Assembly (NCBI RefSeq): GCF_037042905.1
Contig: NC_087251.1
Span: 8,558,001-8,622,000 of the forward strand
Length of the DNA: 64,000 bases
Source of the DNA: Lytechinus pictus
Lineage: Eukaryota
Direction: 5' to 3'
Part shown: piece by piece, positions 26,601 through 38,800 of the stretch
Position numbering within the stretch: position 1 is the first letter of the stretch
How the letters are laid out: each line of letters begins with the position of its first letter
Translations under genes and position numbers: made by a program
Notes under the pieces: model-generated
What the model was told of the DNA's origin: nothing
Databases searched by the model: none
What the model saw: the letters and a program-made list of their open reading frames with translations, nothing else

Positions 26601-28120
26601 CATCAAGACTAATGTTTGTGCCACATTTCATGAGAATTGGTTTAAAACTGAGGAAGTAGTTAAAACAGCAATATTTATACATAATTTTGCCATAATATAC
26701 CGTTACCATGGCAACACAATTTCCGACACATGCAAAAATGTATCTTGCACATCTTTTCCTCAAATCCAATGTGTGAGCCAACTTTAATGAGAATTGGTAG
26801 AAAAATGATGAAGTATTTTAAACGGCAAAATTTTGGCCATAATATACTGTTACCATGGCAACACAATATCTGAAAAAGCAAAAAAAAAATGTTTACACCT
26901 CCTTACCTTAAGACCAATGTGTGTTCCAAATTTCATGAAAATCGGTTAAAGCTAAATTACAGTAGTTGCAGTAAAACACTAATTTCGTGAGAAAGTCTGT
27001 AAAACCAAGGTTAAGTATGACTATATCATCGTGGATCTAGATCTGGTACAGTTACATAAACTGAACTTTGTGAAATCATAAAATCTAAGCTGAAATACGA
27101 TCACACTGAAGATCGCCAACACAGATAGGCACACGTGGGACAGTGTATTATTATTGCTGGAATAAAGACCCGACGGAAGTGACCGAATCCGCGCTTATTT
27201 TGCTTATATCTCAGCAATTACACAATTTCTTCCAGAATCCTTTGGCGCATATTTTTTATTCATACAAACAGACACTTGGGTGGTCATTATATTAGATTCT
27301 GTAAAAAATCATTTTGAGATCGTTACCAGAACTGGAATTTACCTTTAAAAACTGAGGAAGTAGATCGAAATGCAATATAGGTATTGTTGCGGCATGAAAT
27401 ATAATAGGGTCTGAAACCCAAGCCTATTAATGAACAAAGTTACCTGTATGCAAAGTTATTTTGTGTCTATTGGTTAGGATCTCACTTTCCTCTCCTGGTG
27501 ACAAAATATTTCTAAATGTACTAATTCTGGTTGGTCAAGTATACCATGCCCAGTGTATAATCAGGTAGCAACAGTAATCCAATTGGTCAACACATTGGCC
27601 AAGCATGTAAATTAAACATGACTCAGAGATACCAAGAAATAGGAGATACCACAAAGTTATCCCACTTGGCATCAGAAGACAAAGGAAAGTTCCACAGTCA
27701 AGACGTGTTCACCATTTTGTTATAAAACTTGAAGAAAATTGCATAGATTTGGAGGTCAAACAATTGGTGAGTTGAAATTATATTATTTGTATAGTTATAC
27801 ATATTTGTACTGATAATCTCGTACTAGTTAAGGGACTTTCTTCTGTATTTAAATCATAAATATTGTTGTTTGTCATGAAGTTGTGATGACTGCATCTCAG
27901 TCGAGTATATATACTACTCCGCCTAATGTTATATAATACTTCTTTAAGTTAAGAAGGGAGAAATTCTGGTTCTGATTGTAATAATGTATATGAATTAATG
28001 CATCTCTCTTATGTGTAATTAAGTTAATAGACATTACATTACTCTGATTATTAGTATTCGATATACATGTATTAGTAATTCTAAATGAGGTTTCCTAAGA
28101 GGATTGCTAGAGTGAGAGAG

Positions 28121-28160
<40 letters not shown>

Positions 28161-31100
28161 AGTTTGACCATATACGTGCACACACACAAGTGCACCTACT
28201 ATTAAGTCTTTGTTCTGGAGTGTACAGATTTGTCAATGGGCAAAAGTTGTGGCTAGGCTGTCAACTTGACGGTTGCCATGGGTACGAAGTTCTGACCATG
28301 ACTGGGGTTTGTTTACACAACCGCTTGTGTTTAGTAGTATTAGGATTAAAGTTAGTATCGATTTATCTTTGGTATATGATGAGTTTAAGTTCATATTTTA
28401 GTTATTATGTTGTATCATCATTGTATATATACCTGAGCGATATGTATTAGCTTGTTATAGTCTTGTTTATATTTTACTAGTTGTCAAGAAGATATTCTGT
28501 TGTCGTTAGTTGTTTGACAATGATTGTTAATCATGTATTTATCATGTGTTTATCTTCTTTCTTATATTTCAGCAAACCACTCACTCACTCAATACACTCG
28601 CTTACTACACTCAGTTCATTTACTAGCTTCGTTCACTACACTGTTCACTATTCTGTACAATTGTTCGTCGTTTAATTATTCATCTGTATACTTCATTTAC
28701 GCTCAACTCCGTCAAGTTATTAAACTGTTTACATCTTTCGCTTATGATTTGTAAACTGCTTCGATACTTGGAGAATTGTTGATTGCTGTGATTAAATGAA
28801 GCATAACTGTATGGAATTGTGTTCCTGAACTGTTTATTTCGAGTGCGTTCGGAATATCGACCATCAAATTTATAACTACCATCCTACTTTAAACTCCTGT
28901 GGCTTAATTTGTTTACAGAAGTCACATAAGTTTGCAATTGCCAGACAATAATAAGGATGGCAGATTCAGATTTTTCAAATGATGATAACGTCACTTCGCT
29001 GAAGCATTCATGTAGGGGATACATAGGGACATTATCCCGACTCTACAAGGAACTAGAGGTTTTAATGGCAGACTTCGAAAAGAAGGACGCAGTCGTGCAA
29101 AGGCATCTCCAACTCGAAAGGGTATTCACCTCGTACAAGGAAAAAAGCGATGAATACATAAGCGAGTTGAGTGGAGCAGAAGCGGAGGCTGCGTCAGAGA
29201 AATTCGAGAGAAATGTCGAGAACAATCGAGAGTTCCGAGTCAGACTACAAGATTGGATGGAAGCAGCGGAGAAAAGAGTTGACGTGGGAGGTCGGTCAGC
29301 CGACGTTGACGGCGACGTCGATGACGACAGGCGGTCAGTGCGGTCTTCTCGATCGTCGAGTAGCAAGGCATCGCGGTTCACCGTAGCGAGCTCGACATCG
29401 TCAGCACGACTGCGAGAAGCAAGAGCCAAGGCGGCTGTTGCACGCCTCAATAGACAGCACATGGTAAAGGCCCATGAACTTAAGCAAGAACAATTGAAGC
29501 TTGAACAGAAGCTTGCGGCGATGGAAGCCGACAAGGACATCGCAGCTGCTGAAGTTGAGCTTCAGTGTCTTGAGGAAGAATCGGACGATGAATGTCAAGT
29601 AAGAGTAGATAAGTCAATTAAGGTACATGTTAATGACTCTACCTTTAATGATGTCAAAACAAGGGATAATAGATATTCTCTTGATGAAGCTGCACATGTC
29701 CCCATGGTAACAAATTTGAATCCAAATGCCCCAGAATACACTGGGAAAGGGGTAAAAGTAGAAAGTGTCAAGGGGGATGGTGCAGCCATTTCTAACATGA
29801 CTCAAATGTTTAACGCTATGGACTTAGTGATGAACATGCCAAAGCCGGAAATGAAAGTATTCGATGGTAACCCATTAGATTATTGTGCCTTTATTTCCAG
29901 CTTTGACGCCACTGTAGCTTCTAAGATAAGTGATGATAGGGCTAAGCTAACGTATTTAATACAATACTGTAGTAGTAAGGCTAAGGATAGCATTGAAAAT
30001 TGTGTCTTCCTAGGGTCCCAGACCGGATACCAAAAGGCAAGGGATATTCTAGAAAATCAATTTGGGCAGCCATACATGGTTGCCACTGCTCACATGAAAA
30101 AGGTGCTAAGTCGTCAGCCCATCAGACCAAATGACGGTGAAGCACTATGGGACCTTGCTCGCGGCATGAGGAAATGTCAGATGGTTTTGTCGCAAGGAAA
30201 TTATCGAGCCGACATGGATAGCACAGAAAACCTTCTGCGCATCCAACAGCTCTTGCCGGTCCACTTGCAGTCCGAGTGGGCAAGGAGGGCGCACTCAATG
30301 ATGACCAGGTTCATGGCTCCAACGTTTGAAGCCATGACTATGTTCATTGAGGAGTCTGCCCAGTTATCAAGTAATTTGTTTGGCCAAAACATTGGCAAAT
30401 CGAAAAACAAACCATCTGACAAATCCTCAAAGCCAAAAGGAGGGTTCAAGGTAACAACAATGTCGACTCAGAGCAACCCCACAGCTGGTAAAGGTAAGTC
30501 TAAAGCAAAGAGCGATAGAAGTTGTCTTTGCTGCTCTGGGCGGCATAACCTAGAGGACTGTAGGAACTTTGTCAAGAAATCCTTCGAAGAGAGGAGGAAC
30601 ATTACCAGGAAGCACAAGTTGTGTGATAACTGCTTCCGACCTTCACATATGTCGTCCGGATGCATGATGAAATCTAGATGTACTGAGAAGGGATGCCAAC
30701 GGAAGCATCACACCCTTCTTCATGCTCCTGCATCCTTCTTCAAGGAAAGAAAACTTGACAAAGCTAACCCCAAGAAGTCTAGCAATTCCCAAGAATCCAA
30801 CTCAGACACCGGGGCCGGTAGTTCAGATGAAGAAGCCTCTAGCAGAGAAGCGGGCGACTGTTACAGCAGTGTAACTTCACAAAGAAAGGTAAGTCTAAGG
30901 GTCTTGCCGGTGAAGGTCCAAGGTAATGGACGTGAAGTACAGACATGGGCCTTACTGGATGAAGGGAGCGATATATCAATCTGCTCCAAGGATTTGGTAA
31001 GAGACCTTGGGATGACAGGGTCACCACGGCGAATTCAACTCACAACTGTCAATGGGGTTGATTCCCAGCAAGGTGAAGAGGTCAGCCTCAAGGTCAGGGA

Positions 31101-34100
31101 TATCCATGACAAGGAAGAGTTGGATATTCCACGTGTCTGGACAGTGAAGTCCTTACCGCTTTCCGATTCTCTGATTCCAGACAACAAGGACCTTCTTAAG
31201 TGGAGACACTTAAGAGGTATTGAGTTCCCATCGATCGACGCAAGGGAGGTCAAGCTTCTCATAGGAGCCGACACCCCTGAAGCGTTTTGGGTCCTGGAAC
31301 AGAGGAGAGGGAAAAGGAAGGAACCTTATGCGATACGCTGCCCTCTAGGTTGGACGCTAATGGGGCCAACCACAAAGTCTAAGGAAACTACAGCCTTCCA
31401 TGTGAACTTTGCCCGGCTAGAAGATGAAAGACTTCAAGACCAGGTCAAGAAGTTCTGGGAGTTGGACCATGTGGTTGAGGATAATCCAGGGAGGATGGGA
31501 GAGTCCATCCAAGACATGCGAGCGAGAGAACTCATGCGGGAAAGTATCAAGCTCGTCGATGGCCACTACGAGGTAGGGCTACCCTGGAAGTATCCAGACC
31601 CCGGACTTGAGAACAATCGCCATATGGCTGAAGTCCGTCTCAAGTACTTGGAAAGGAGGCTTAAGAAGGATTCTAATCTAGCCGTCAAGTACACGGAGAC
31701 TGTCCAAGGTTATATAGAGAAGGGATATGCGGAGAAGGTACCAAGACAGAAGAAGGAAGCAAATCTTCAGACTTCCTGTATATGGTATCTCCCTCATCAT
31801 CCGGTCGTTCATCCTCACAAACCTGACAAGGTAAGAGTTGTGTTCGACTGTGCAGCAAAGTATCGTGGAACTTCACTAAATGACACATTGCTGCAAGGAC
31901 CCGACCACACCAATAGCTTAGTTGGTGTACTCCTGCGATTCAGGCAGGAACCTGTGGCAGTTGTTGGTGACGTAGAGGCAATGTTTCATCAGGTAAAGGT
32001 GCCGAAGAAAGATTGCGATGCTCTCCGCTTCCTATGGTGGGAAAATGGTAACCTGGCCACAGAACCGGTAGAGTATCGAATGAAGGTGCATCTTTTTGGT
32101 GCAACGTCATCACCAAGCTGCGCAGGATTTGCTCTTAGAAGAACTGCAGAAGATAACCGACATGAATATGACGAAGACGTCGTCAACACAGTGCTGGACA
32201 ACTTCTATGTCGATGACTGCCTCAAATCAGTACCCTCTGACAAAGATGGGGTGAGGCTAGTCCAGCAACTGAGAGGTCTTCTGCAGAAAGGAGGATTCCG
32301 CTTAACAAAATGGGTAAGTAATAGTAGAGAAGTGCTTAACTCAATACCTGACACAGAAAAGGCTCCATCTGTAATTGATATGGATCTGGATACTCTCCCA
32401 ATCGAGAGAACGCTAGGAGTGTTGTGGGATGTCGATTCCGACAGGTTCGGCTTTAAGGTGAGTCTGAAGGACAGACCTGCAACCAGGCGAGGGATACTGT
32501 CTAAGGTAAGCTCTTTATACGACCCCCTTGGGTTCCTAGCACCTTTCATCTTGGTAGCCAAGGTTCTTCTGCAAGGCATCTGCCAGAAAGGTCTAGCATG
32601 GGATGAACCAGTGGATGAAAAGGATCTCCAGACCTGGCAAGAATGGCTTGATGATCTTCCCAGACTGACAGAGATAAAGATACCAAGATGTCTCAAACCA
32701 GAAATACTTGAAGATCAAGTACTTTACCAGCTCCACTATTTCTGCGATGCATCAGAGCTTGGGTATGCAGCTGTGGCTTACCTACGCTTAGAGGATTCTG
32801 CTGGTCGCATACATTGCTCATTTGTTTGTGGTAAGTCTAGACTCAGTCCCTTGAAGGTCACCTCAATACCAAGGCTTGAATTGGCAGCAGCTGTACTAGC
32901 TGTTGACATGAATCACATGATTCAAGAGGAATTAAGGTTACCGATTGCTACCACAACGTACTGGACAGATTCAACTTCTGTTCTCATGTACATCCAAAAT
33001 GAGAGCCGAAGGTTCCATACCTTTGTAGCAAATAGAGTTGCTAAGATTCGTGAGGTAACAGAACTGAGCCAGTGGCGACATGTGAACACTAAACTCAATC
33101 CAGCTGATGATGGATCGCGAGGTTTGAAGGCTCAGGATCTTATCACGAATCCAAGATGGCTCTCAGGACCCGACTTCCTCAAACAAGAGGAAGAAAACTG
33201 GCCATCTTCTCCAGCCATCTTGGGAGAACTGAAGAAGGATGACCTGGAAGTAAAGAAAGACAGAGTTCATGTGAACACTGTCGTAACAAATGACAGTGTG
33301 CAAGAACTGTTGACCAGGTATTCATCCTGGAATAGACTCAAAAGAGCCTTCGCTTGGGTACTTCGGTATAAGATGTTCTTGAGAAATCGAGATGCAGCAG
33401 CAAGGCTACCTCGAGGACTCACTGCAGAGGAATTGAAAGAGGCTGAACTTGAAATTACTAAACAAGTTCAGCTGAGATCATTTCCTTCAGAAGTGATGAC
33501 TGGATCAGGGGAACCAACAAGGCGGCAAAAGGCCTCAGGTCCTCTGGACAAACTGAATCCCATCATCACTGGTGGAGTACTGAAAGTTGGTGGTAGACTT
33601 TCAAGATCTACTCTTGCAGAAGATGCAAAACACCCTGCTATACTCCCAAGAGATAATCATGTGACTGACTTGATTATCCAACACTATCATGAAGAGGTTG
33701 GGCACTCAGGAGCGGTCATAACCTTATCAGCCATAAGAGAAAGGTTCTGGATAGTCAGAGGAGGAGCCACTGTTCGCAAGGTACTTCAAAGGTGTATGAA
33801 GTGCAAAAGGAGAAGTTCCCGTCGAGGCGAACAGTTCATGGCAGATCTTCCAGCTGAGAGAGTGACACCAGATAAACCACCGTTCACCTCTACAGGGGTG
33901 GACTTCTTTGGGCCTTTCATGGTTAAGAGGGGACGCAGTGAGGTGAAGAGATATGCATGTCTATTGACTTGTCTTGCGTCAAGAGCCGTTCACATAGAGA
34001 TTGCCTGTTCTCTTGACACAGATTCATTCATTTGCGCCCTGAGAAGATTCATCAATCGCAGAGGAAAACCGGATCAGGTATTCAGCGACAATGGAACAAA

Positions 34101-35796
34101 CTTTAAGGGCGGACATAAAGAATTGAAGGAAAGTCTGGCTGCACTCAATGACTCTAAGGTTGGGAATTTCTTAACCCAAAAGGGCATTGAGTGGCGCTTC
34201 AATCCTCCTCTAGCCAGCCATATGGGAGGAGTGTGGGAACGTGTAATACGCTCAGTGCGCAAAATACTAGGAGGCCTACTTCATCAACAAGTTATGTCGG
34301 ATGAGGCATTAGTTACGCTGATGACGGAAGTAGAGGCTATCCTAAACGCACGCCCACTCACCCCATTGAGCATGGATCCAAAGGATGAGGAGCCTTTGAC
34401 CCCAAACCATCTCCTGCTATTGAGGAATAATCCATCCTTGCCACCCGGCATCTTCACAAAGGATGAAAGCTATGGCAGAAGGAGATGGCGCCATGTCCAA
34501 TTCATCGCGGATCAGTTTTGGAAGCGATGGGTTAAGGAATATCTTCCACTCCTTCAACCGAGACAGAAATGGACCAGGGAAAAAAGAAACTTCGAACAAG
34601 ACGACCTCGTCTTGGTGGCGGACGATAATGCACCTCGTGGGCAGTGGCCTTTGGGGAAAATTGTGGCCACTTATCCAGACAAGCAAGGTAGGGTAAGGCA
34701 GGTCGAGGTTAGGATAGGTTCAAAATATTTCCGGCGTCCAATTTCAAAACTTTGCCTTTTGGAGGAAGGGAAGGGTGCTCCCTAAATAATGGCAAATTAT
34801 TTAATGTTGTAGTAAATAATAGTGAATGCTATTTATTCTGAGTTTTGTTTTCTGGGTCCCAATATTTAATTGTGATTTAGATATGTATGTAGAAAGATAT
34901 AGCTACAGGTCATTGATTGTTTGAAGTCATTTGGATATGTATTCTAGTTGATTATTGTTATAATGTTATGTTTGTTTTGTTCATACTTGTATTGTTTATA
35001 TATGCCGCGTTCTAATGGTAGGAATGAGCTTATGGGTGAGTCAGCTCATTGGGGCCGGTATGTTGCGGCATGAAATATAATAGGGTCTGAAACCCAAGCC
35101 TATTAATGAACAAAGTTACCTGTATGCAAAGTTATTTTGTGTCTATTGGTTAGGATCTCACTTTCCTCTCCTGGTGACAAAATATTTCTAAATGTACTAA
35201 TTCTGGTTGGTCAAGTATACCATGCCCAGTGTATAATCAGGTAGCAACAGTAATCCAATTGGTCAACACATTGGCCAAGCATGTAAATTAAACATGACTC
35301 AGAGATACCAAGAAATAGGAGATACCACAAAGTTATCCCACTTGGCATCAGAAGACAAAGGAAAGTTCCACAGTCAAGACGTGTTCACCATTTTGTTATA
35401 AAACTTGAAGAAAATTGCATAGATTTGGAGGTCAAACAATTGGTGAGTTGAAATTATATTATTTGTATAGTTATACATATTTGTACTGATAATCTCGTAC
35501 TAGTTAAGGGACTTTCTTCTGTATTTAAATCATAAATATTGTTGTTTGTCATGAAGTTGTGATGACTGCATCTCAGTCGAGTATATATACTACTCCGCCT
35601 AATGTTATATAATACTTCTTTAAGTTAAGAAGGGAGAAATTCTGGTTCTGATTGTAATAATGTATATGAATTAATGCATCTCTCTTATGTGTAATTAAGT
35701 TAATAGACATTACATTACTCTGATTATTAGTATTCGATATACATGTATTAGTAATTCTAAATGAGGTTTCCTAAGAGGATTGCTAGAGTGAGAGAG

Positions 35797-35836
<40 letters not shown>

Positions 35837-38800
35837 AGTTTGACCATATACGTGCACACACACAAGTGCACCTACTATTAAGTCTTTGTTCTGGAGTGTA
35901 CAGATTTGTCAATGGGCAAAAGTTGTGGCTAGGCTGTCAACTTGACGGTTGCCATGGGTACGAAGTTCTGACCATGACTGGGGTTTGTTTACACAACCGC
36001 TTGTGTTTAGTAGTATTAGGATTAAAGTTAGTATCGATTTATCTTTGGTATATGATGAGTTTAAGTTCATATTTTAGTTATTATGTTGTATCATCATTGT
36101 ATATATACCTGAGCGATATGTATTAGCTTGTTATAGTCTTGTTTATATTTTACTAGTTGTCAAGAAGATATTCTGTTGTCGTTAGTTGTTTGACAATGAT
36201 TGTTAATCATGTATTTATCATGTGTTTATCTTCTTTCTTATATTTCAGCAAACCACTCACTCACTCAATACACTCGCTTACTACACTCAGTTCATTTACT
36301 AGCTTCGTTCACTACACTGTTCACTATTCTGTACAATTGTTCGTCGTTTAATTATTCATCTGTATACTTCATTTACGCTCAACTCCGTCAAGTTATTAAA
36401 CTGTTTACATCTTTCGCTTATGATTTGTAAACTGCTTCGATACTTGGAGAATTGTTGATTGCTGTGATTAAATGAAGCATAACTGTATGGAATTGTGTTC
36501 CTGAACTGTTTATTTCGAGTGCGTTCGGAATATCGACCATCAAATTTATAACTACCATCCTACTTTAAACTCCTGTGGCTTAATTTGTTTACAGAAGTCA
36601 CAGGTATAAATTCTAAAAATTTGTTGGCCATGATTTGTTGGATATAAACCAGGCTGAAACTACCCCCTGCACGAGTTTAACTTTTTGAGAATTTATTGCC
36701 ACTCTTAGACACGGGCCTATGTGTTTTATGTGTTCAAGCAAAAATCGCATCAAAACGAATATCAAGATGGAGGCTGAGAAAAAAAGGAAAACCAATTTCA
36801 CTGGAGGAGAGAAAATCGCTTTGATAGCCGAAATAAGAGAGAGGGAAGAAATCTTGAGACCCAAGCTTAATTCAAGTATCACGTTAAAGGATAAAGAAAA
36901 GGCGTGGGCTGAAATTGCCTTGAAACTAAAACAATTAAGACAACTCACAACTGTCTTAAAGTTAGGGCTAAATTCTTAGCCATGTTGTATTTATGAAATA
37001 CAGACTCTGCAGTTTTAAGATAAGTTACTTAGCCATTCTTCCTATATCTGTCTTAGTCGCCAATTCTTTATGGAATACGCGTTTTGGCTAAGAATTTTGT
37101 CTTAGACAGAAAATAAGACAAAATGCTTAGATTTTTTACTTAAGCATGCTTATCTAGTTTATGGAATACGGGCCCTGATCATACATTTTATAAGCAATGG
37201 ATGATTTGCCCCCTCCCTATTACAAAACAGTCCTTACAAGTATGCATATGTTGCAAAAGCCCTCGTAAAATTCTATTAGCTTCATCACAAAATATAATTT
37301 TTGATGTCATAAAAGTTTTTAAAAAGTGCTTTGTGCAGAATATTTTCATTTCTCCTCTTGATTTGCTCTAGGTATGCTGTAAGTACAGTTTAAGTTGGCA
37401 TCTGATTGCAAACTTATTTCAAAGTGCCCTTTTTCAACTAATGGAGTTATCAGTTTTGATAGTCAATAAGTCTCATAATTTAATAACATAATGAGTCTTT
37501 TTTCTTCTGACCGAAATTTTAGATGATTTTTATCATAGAGAAGAAAAATAGACACTGGAATTAGCTATTACTTCATGAAATCACAGCCATTTCTCTGAGG
37601 GAAATATGATTTTAAACAAATTATGGTTATATTATACTTATGTGAATTGCAATTTTCATTTCATTTTCGATTGCCTGTACCCCCATATAAAACCTCAACC
37701 TATTTTACCTACTGCCCTCTTGCTGTGTTTCCTCTGTAGTGTTTTCACTCTAGTGATATCTGAAAGAAATACATCAAATAGGAGCTCAATCCTTTTCCTT
37801 CCTTCTGTGAATTTAACCAAATTGATTTATAAATGGCATGGTTTCAAAAGTTCATTAAAGTGATATTACAACTGTGGGAAAGGTGAAAAGAGTAATTTTT
37901 TAACTTTCAAATTATTTTTATGACATTTAGTGGGAATATCATAGAACATCATTCACTTCAAAGGATGACTCTGTTTACATTGTCTCACATTCAACATTTG
38001 GGCTATTATTTATTTGTGTGTAGTACCATGCATTTATTGTAAATGTGTTGTGTGTATGTGACTTGCAGGCTTGTGGTGAAATTAAAAAGTTGCAGGAAAC
38101 ATCGGTATTAAAGGTGTTTAAGAATTCAAGAAACAGCCTTCCCCATTAACTTAGAAACAGATTATTTTCAAATTCAAATAACTAGAACTTAATGTTATAT
38201 TGAAAACACCATTGTTCGATATTTGAAGGACAAAGGAAGGTAGATAGTTGAGATAACAATTAATAGAAAATAAGATGGGCAAAATTAGGGATTTATTATG
38301 AAATATTGAGCGTTATCCTATTACAAGATCAGTACAAGGTGTGTTTGGTACTTTTCTATCTTGTAGATTCAGTAAGATATAAATCTTATGAAATTAATGT
38401 AATGAAACAAAGGGATTAATCCCCAGGGATCAAAGGGGGGGGGGGTCACTTAGTATAAATGTATGATACATATGTGCCATGGTTGAGACCCCCCTTTTCA
38501 GCCTAAATTTCTGTTCCAGTCTTCCAGAGCATCACCAATACAGAAAGCCATAGATATTCCTATTTTTTCCATTCCGGAGACCCTAAAATTTGTGATTTCC
38601 CATTCCAGTGCGTGCCCATCATGAACTACTCAGCTGGACGGAGCGGCGAGCTCGATCGGGGCAGAGCCTTGTATGCCGGGCCGCGGAAGCTTAGTCTGCA
38701 GGCAAAGACCCAGATTGAAACTTTGATCAACAAGTGTGTCTCCACGCAAAGACGAGCACATACAAAACTTGGTGTTTCAATTCAGGAGGCCTTCAGTACA

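Larger units (their letters stand above)
27385..36602 (+). mobile_element. Full-length BEL/Pao LTR retrotransposon
   Basis: TG...CA LTRs at 27385-28926 and 35061-36602, 5-bp TSD GGTAT on both sides, GGGGCCGGTA tract before the 3' LTR, single gag-pol ORF. Confidence 0.97.
25895..37174 (+). mobile_element. Harbinger deletion derivative, expanded by nested insertions
   Basis: CTG|GGCCCGTATTCCATAAAC ... GTTTATGGAATACGGGCC|CTG (perfect 18-bp TIR, 3-bp TSD); retains a Myb/SANT-like ORF fragment. Confidence 0.85.

Noticed and set aside
28085..28754. ORFs inside the LTR (121, 64, 76 aa) as accessory or env genes
   Set aside because: Low complexity, microsatellite-derived ERER run, AT-driven hydrophobicity; duplication merely reflects the LTR.
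29043..34696. Antisense and alternate-frame ORFs within gag-pol
   Set aside because: Expected shadows of a long coding frame; no independent motifs.
37405..37416. 12-nt complement (ATTGCAAACTTA) of the post-LTR segment as a priming partner
   Set aside because: It lies in host flank outside the element, so it cannot be a heritable part of its replication; likely chance in AT-rich DNA.
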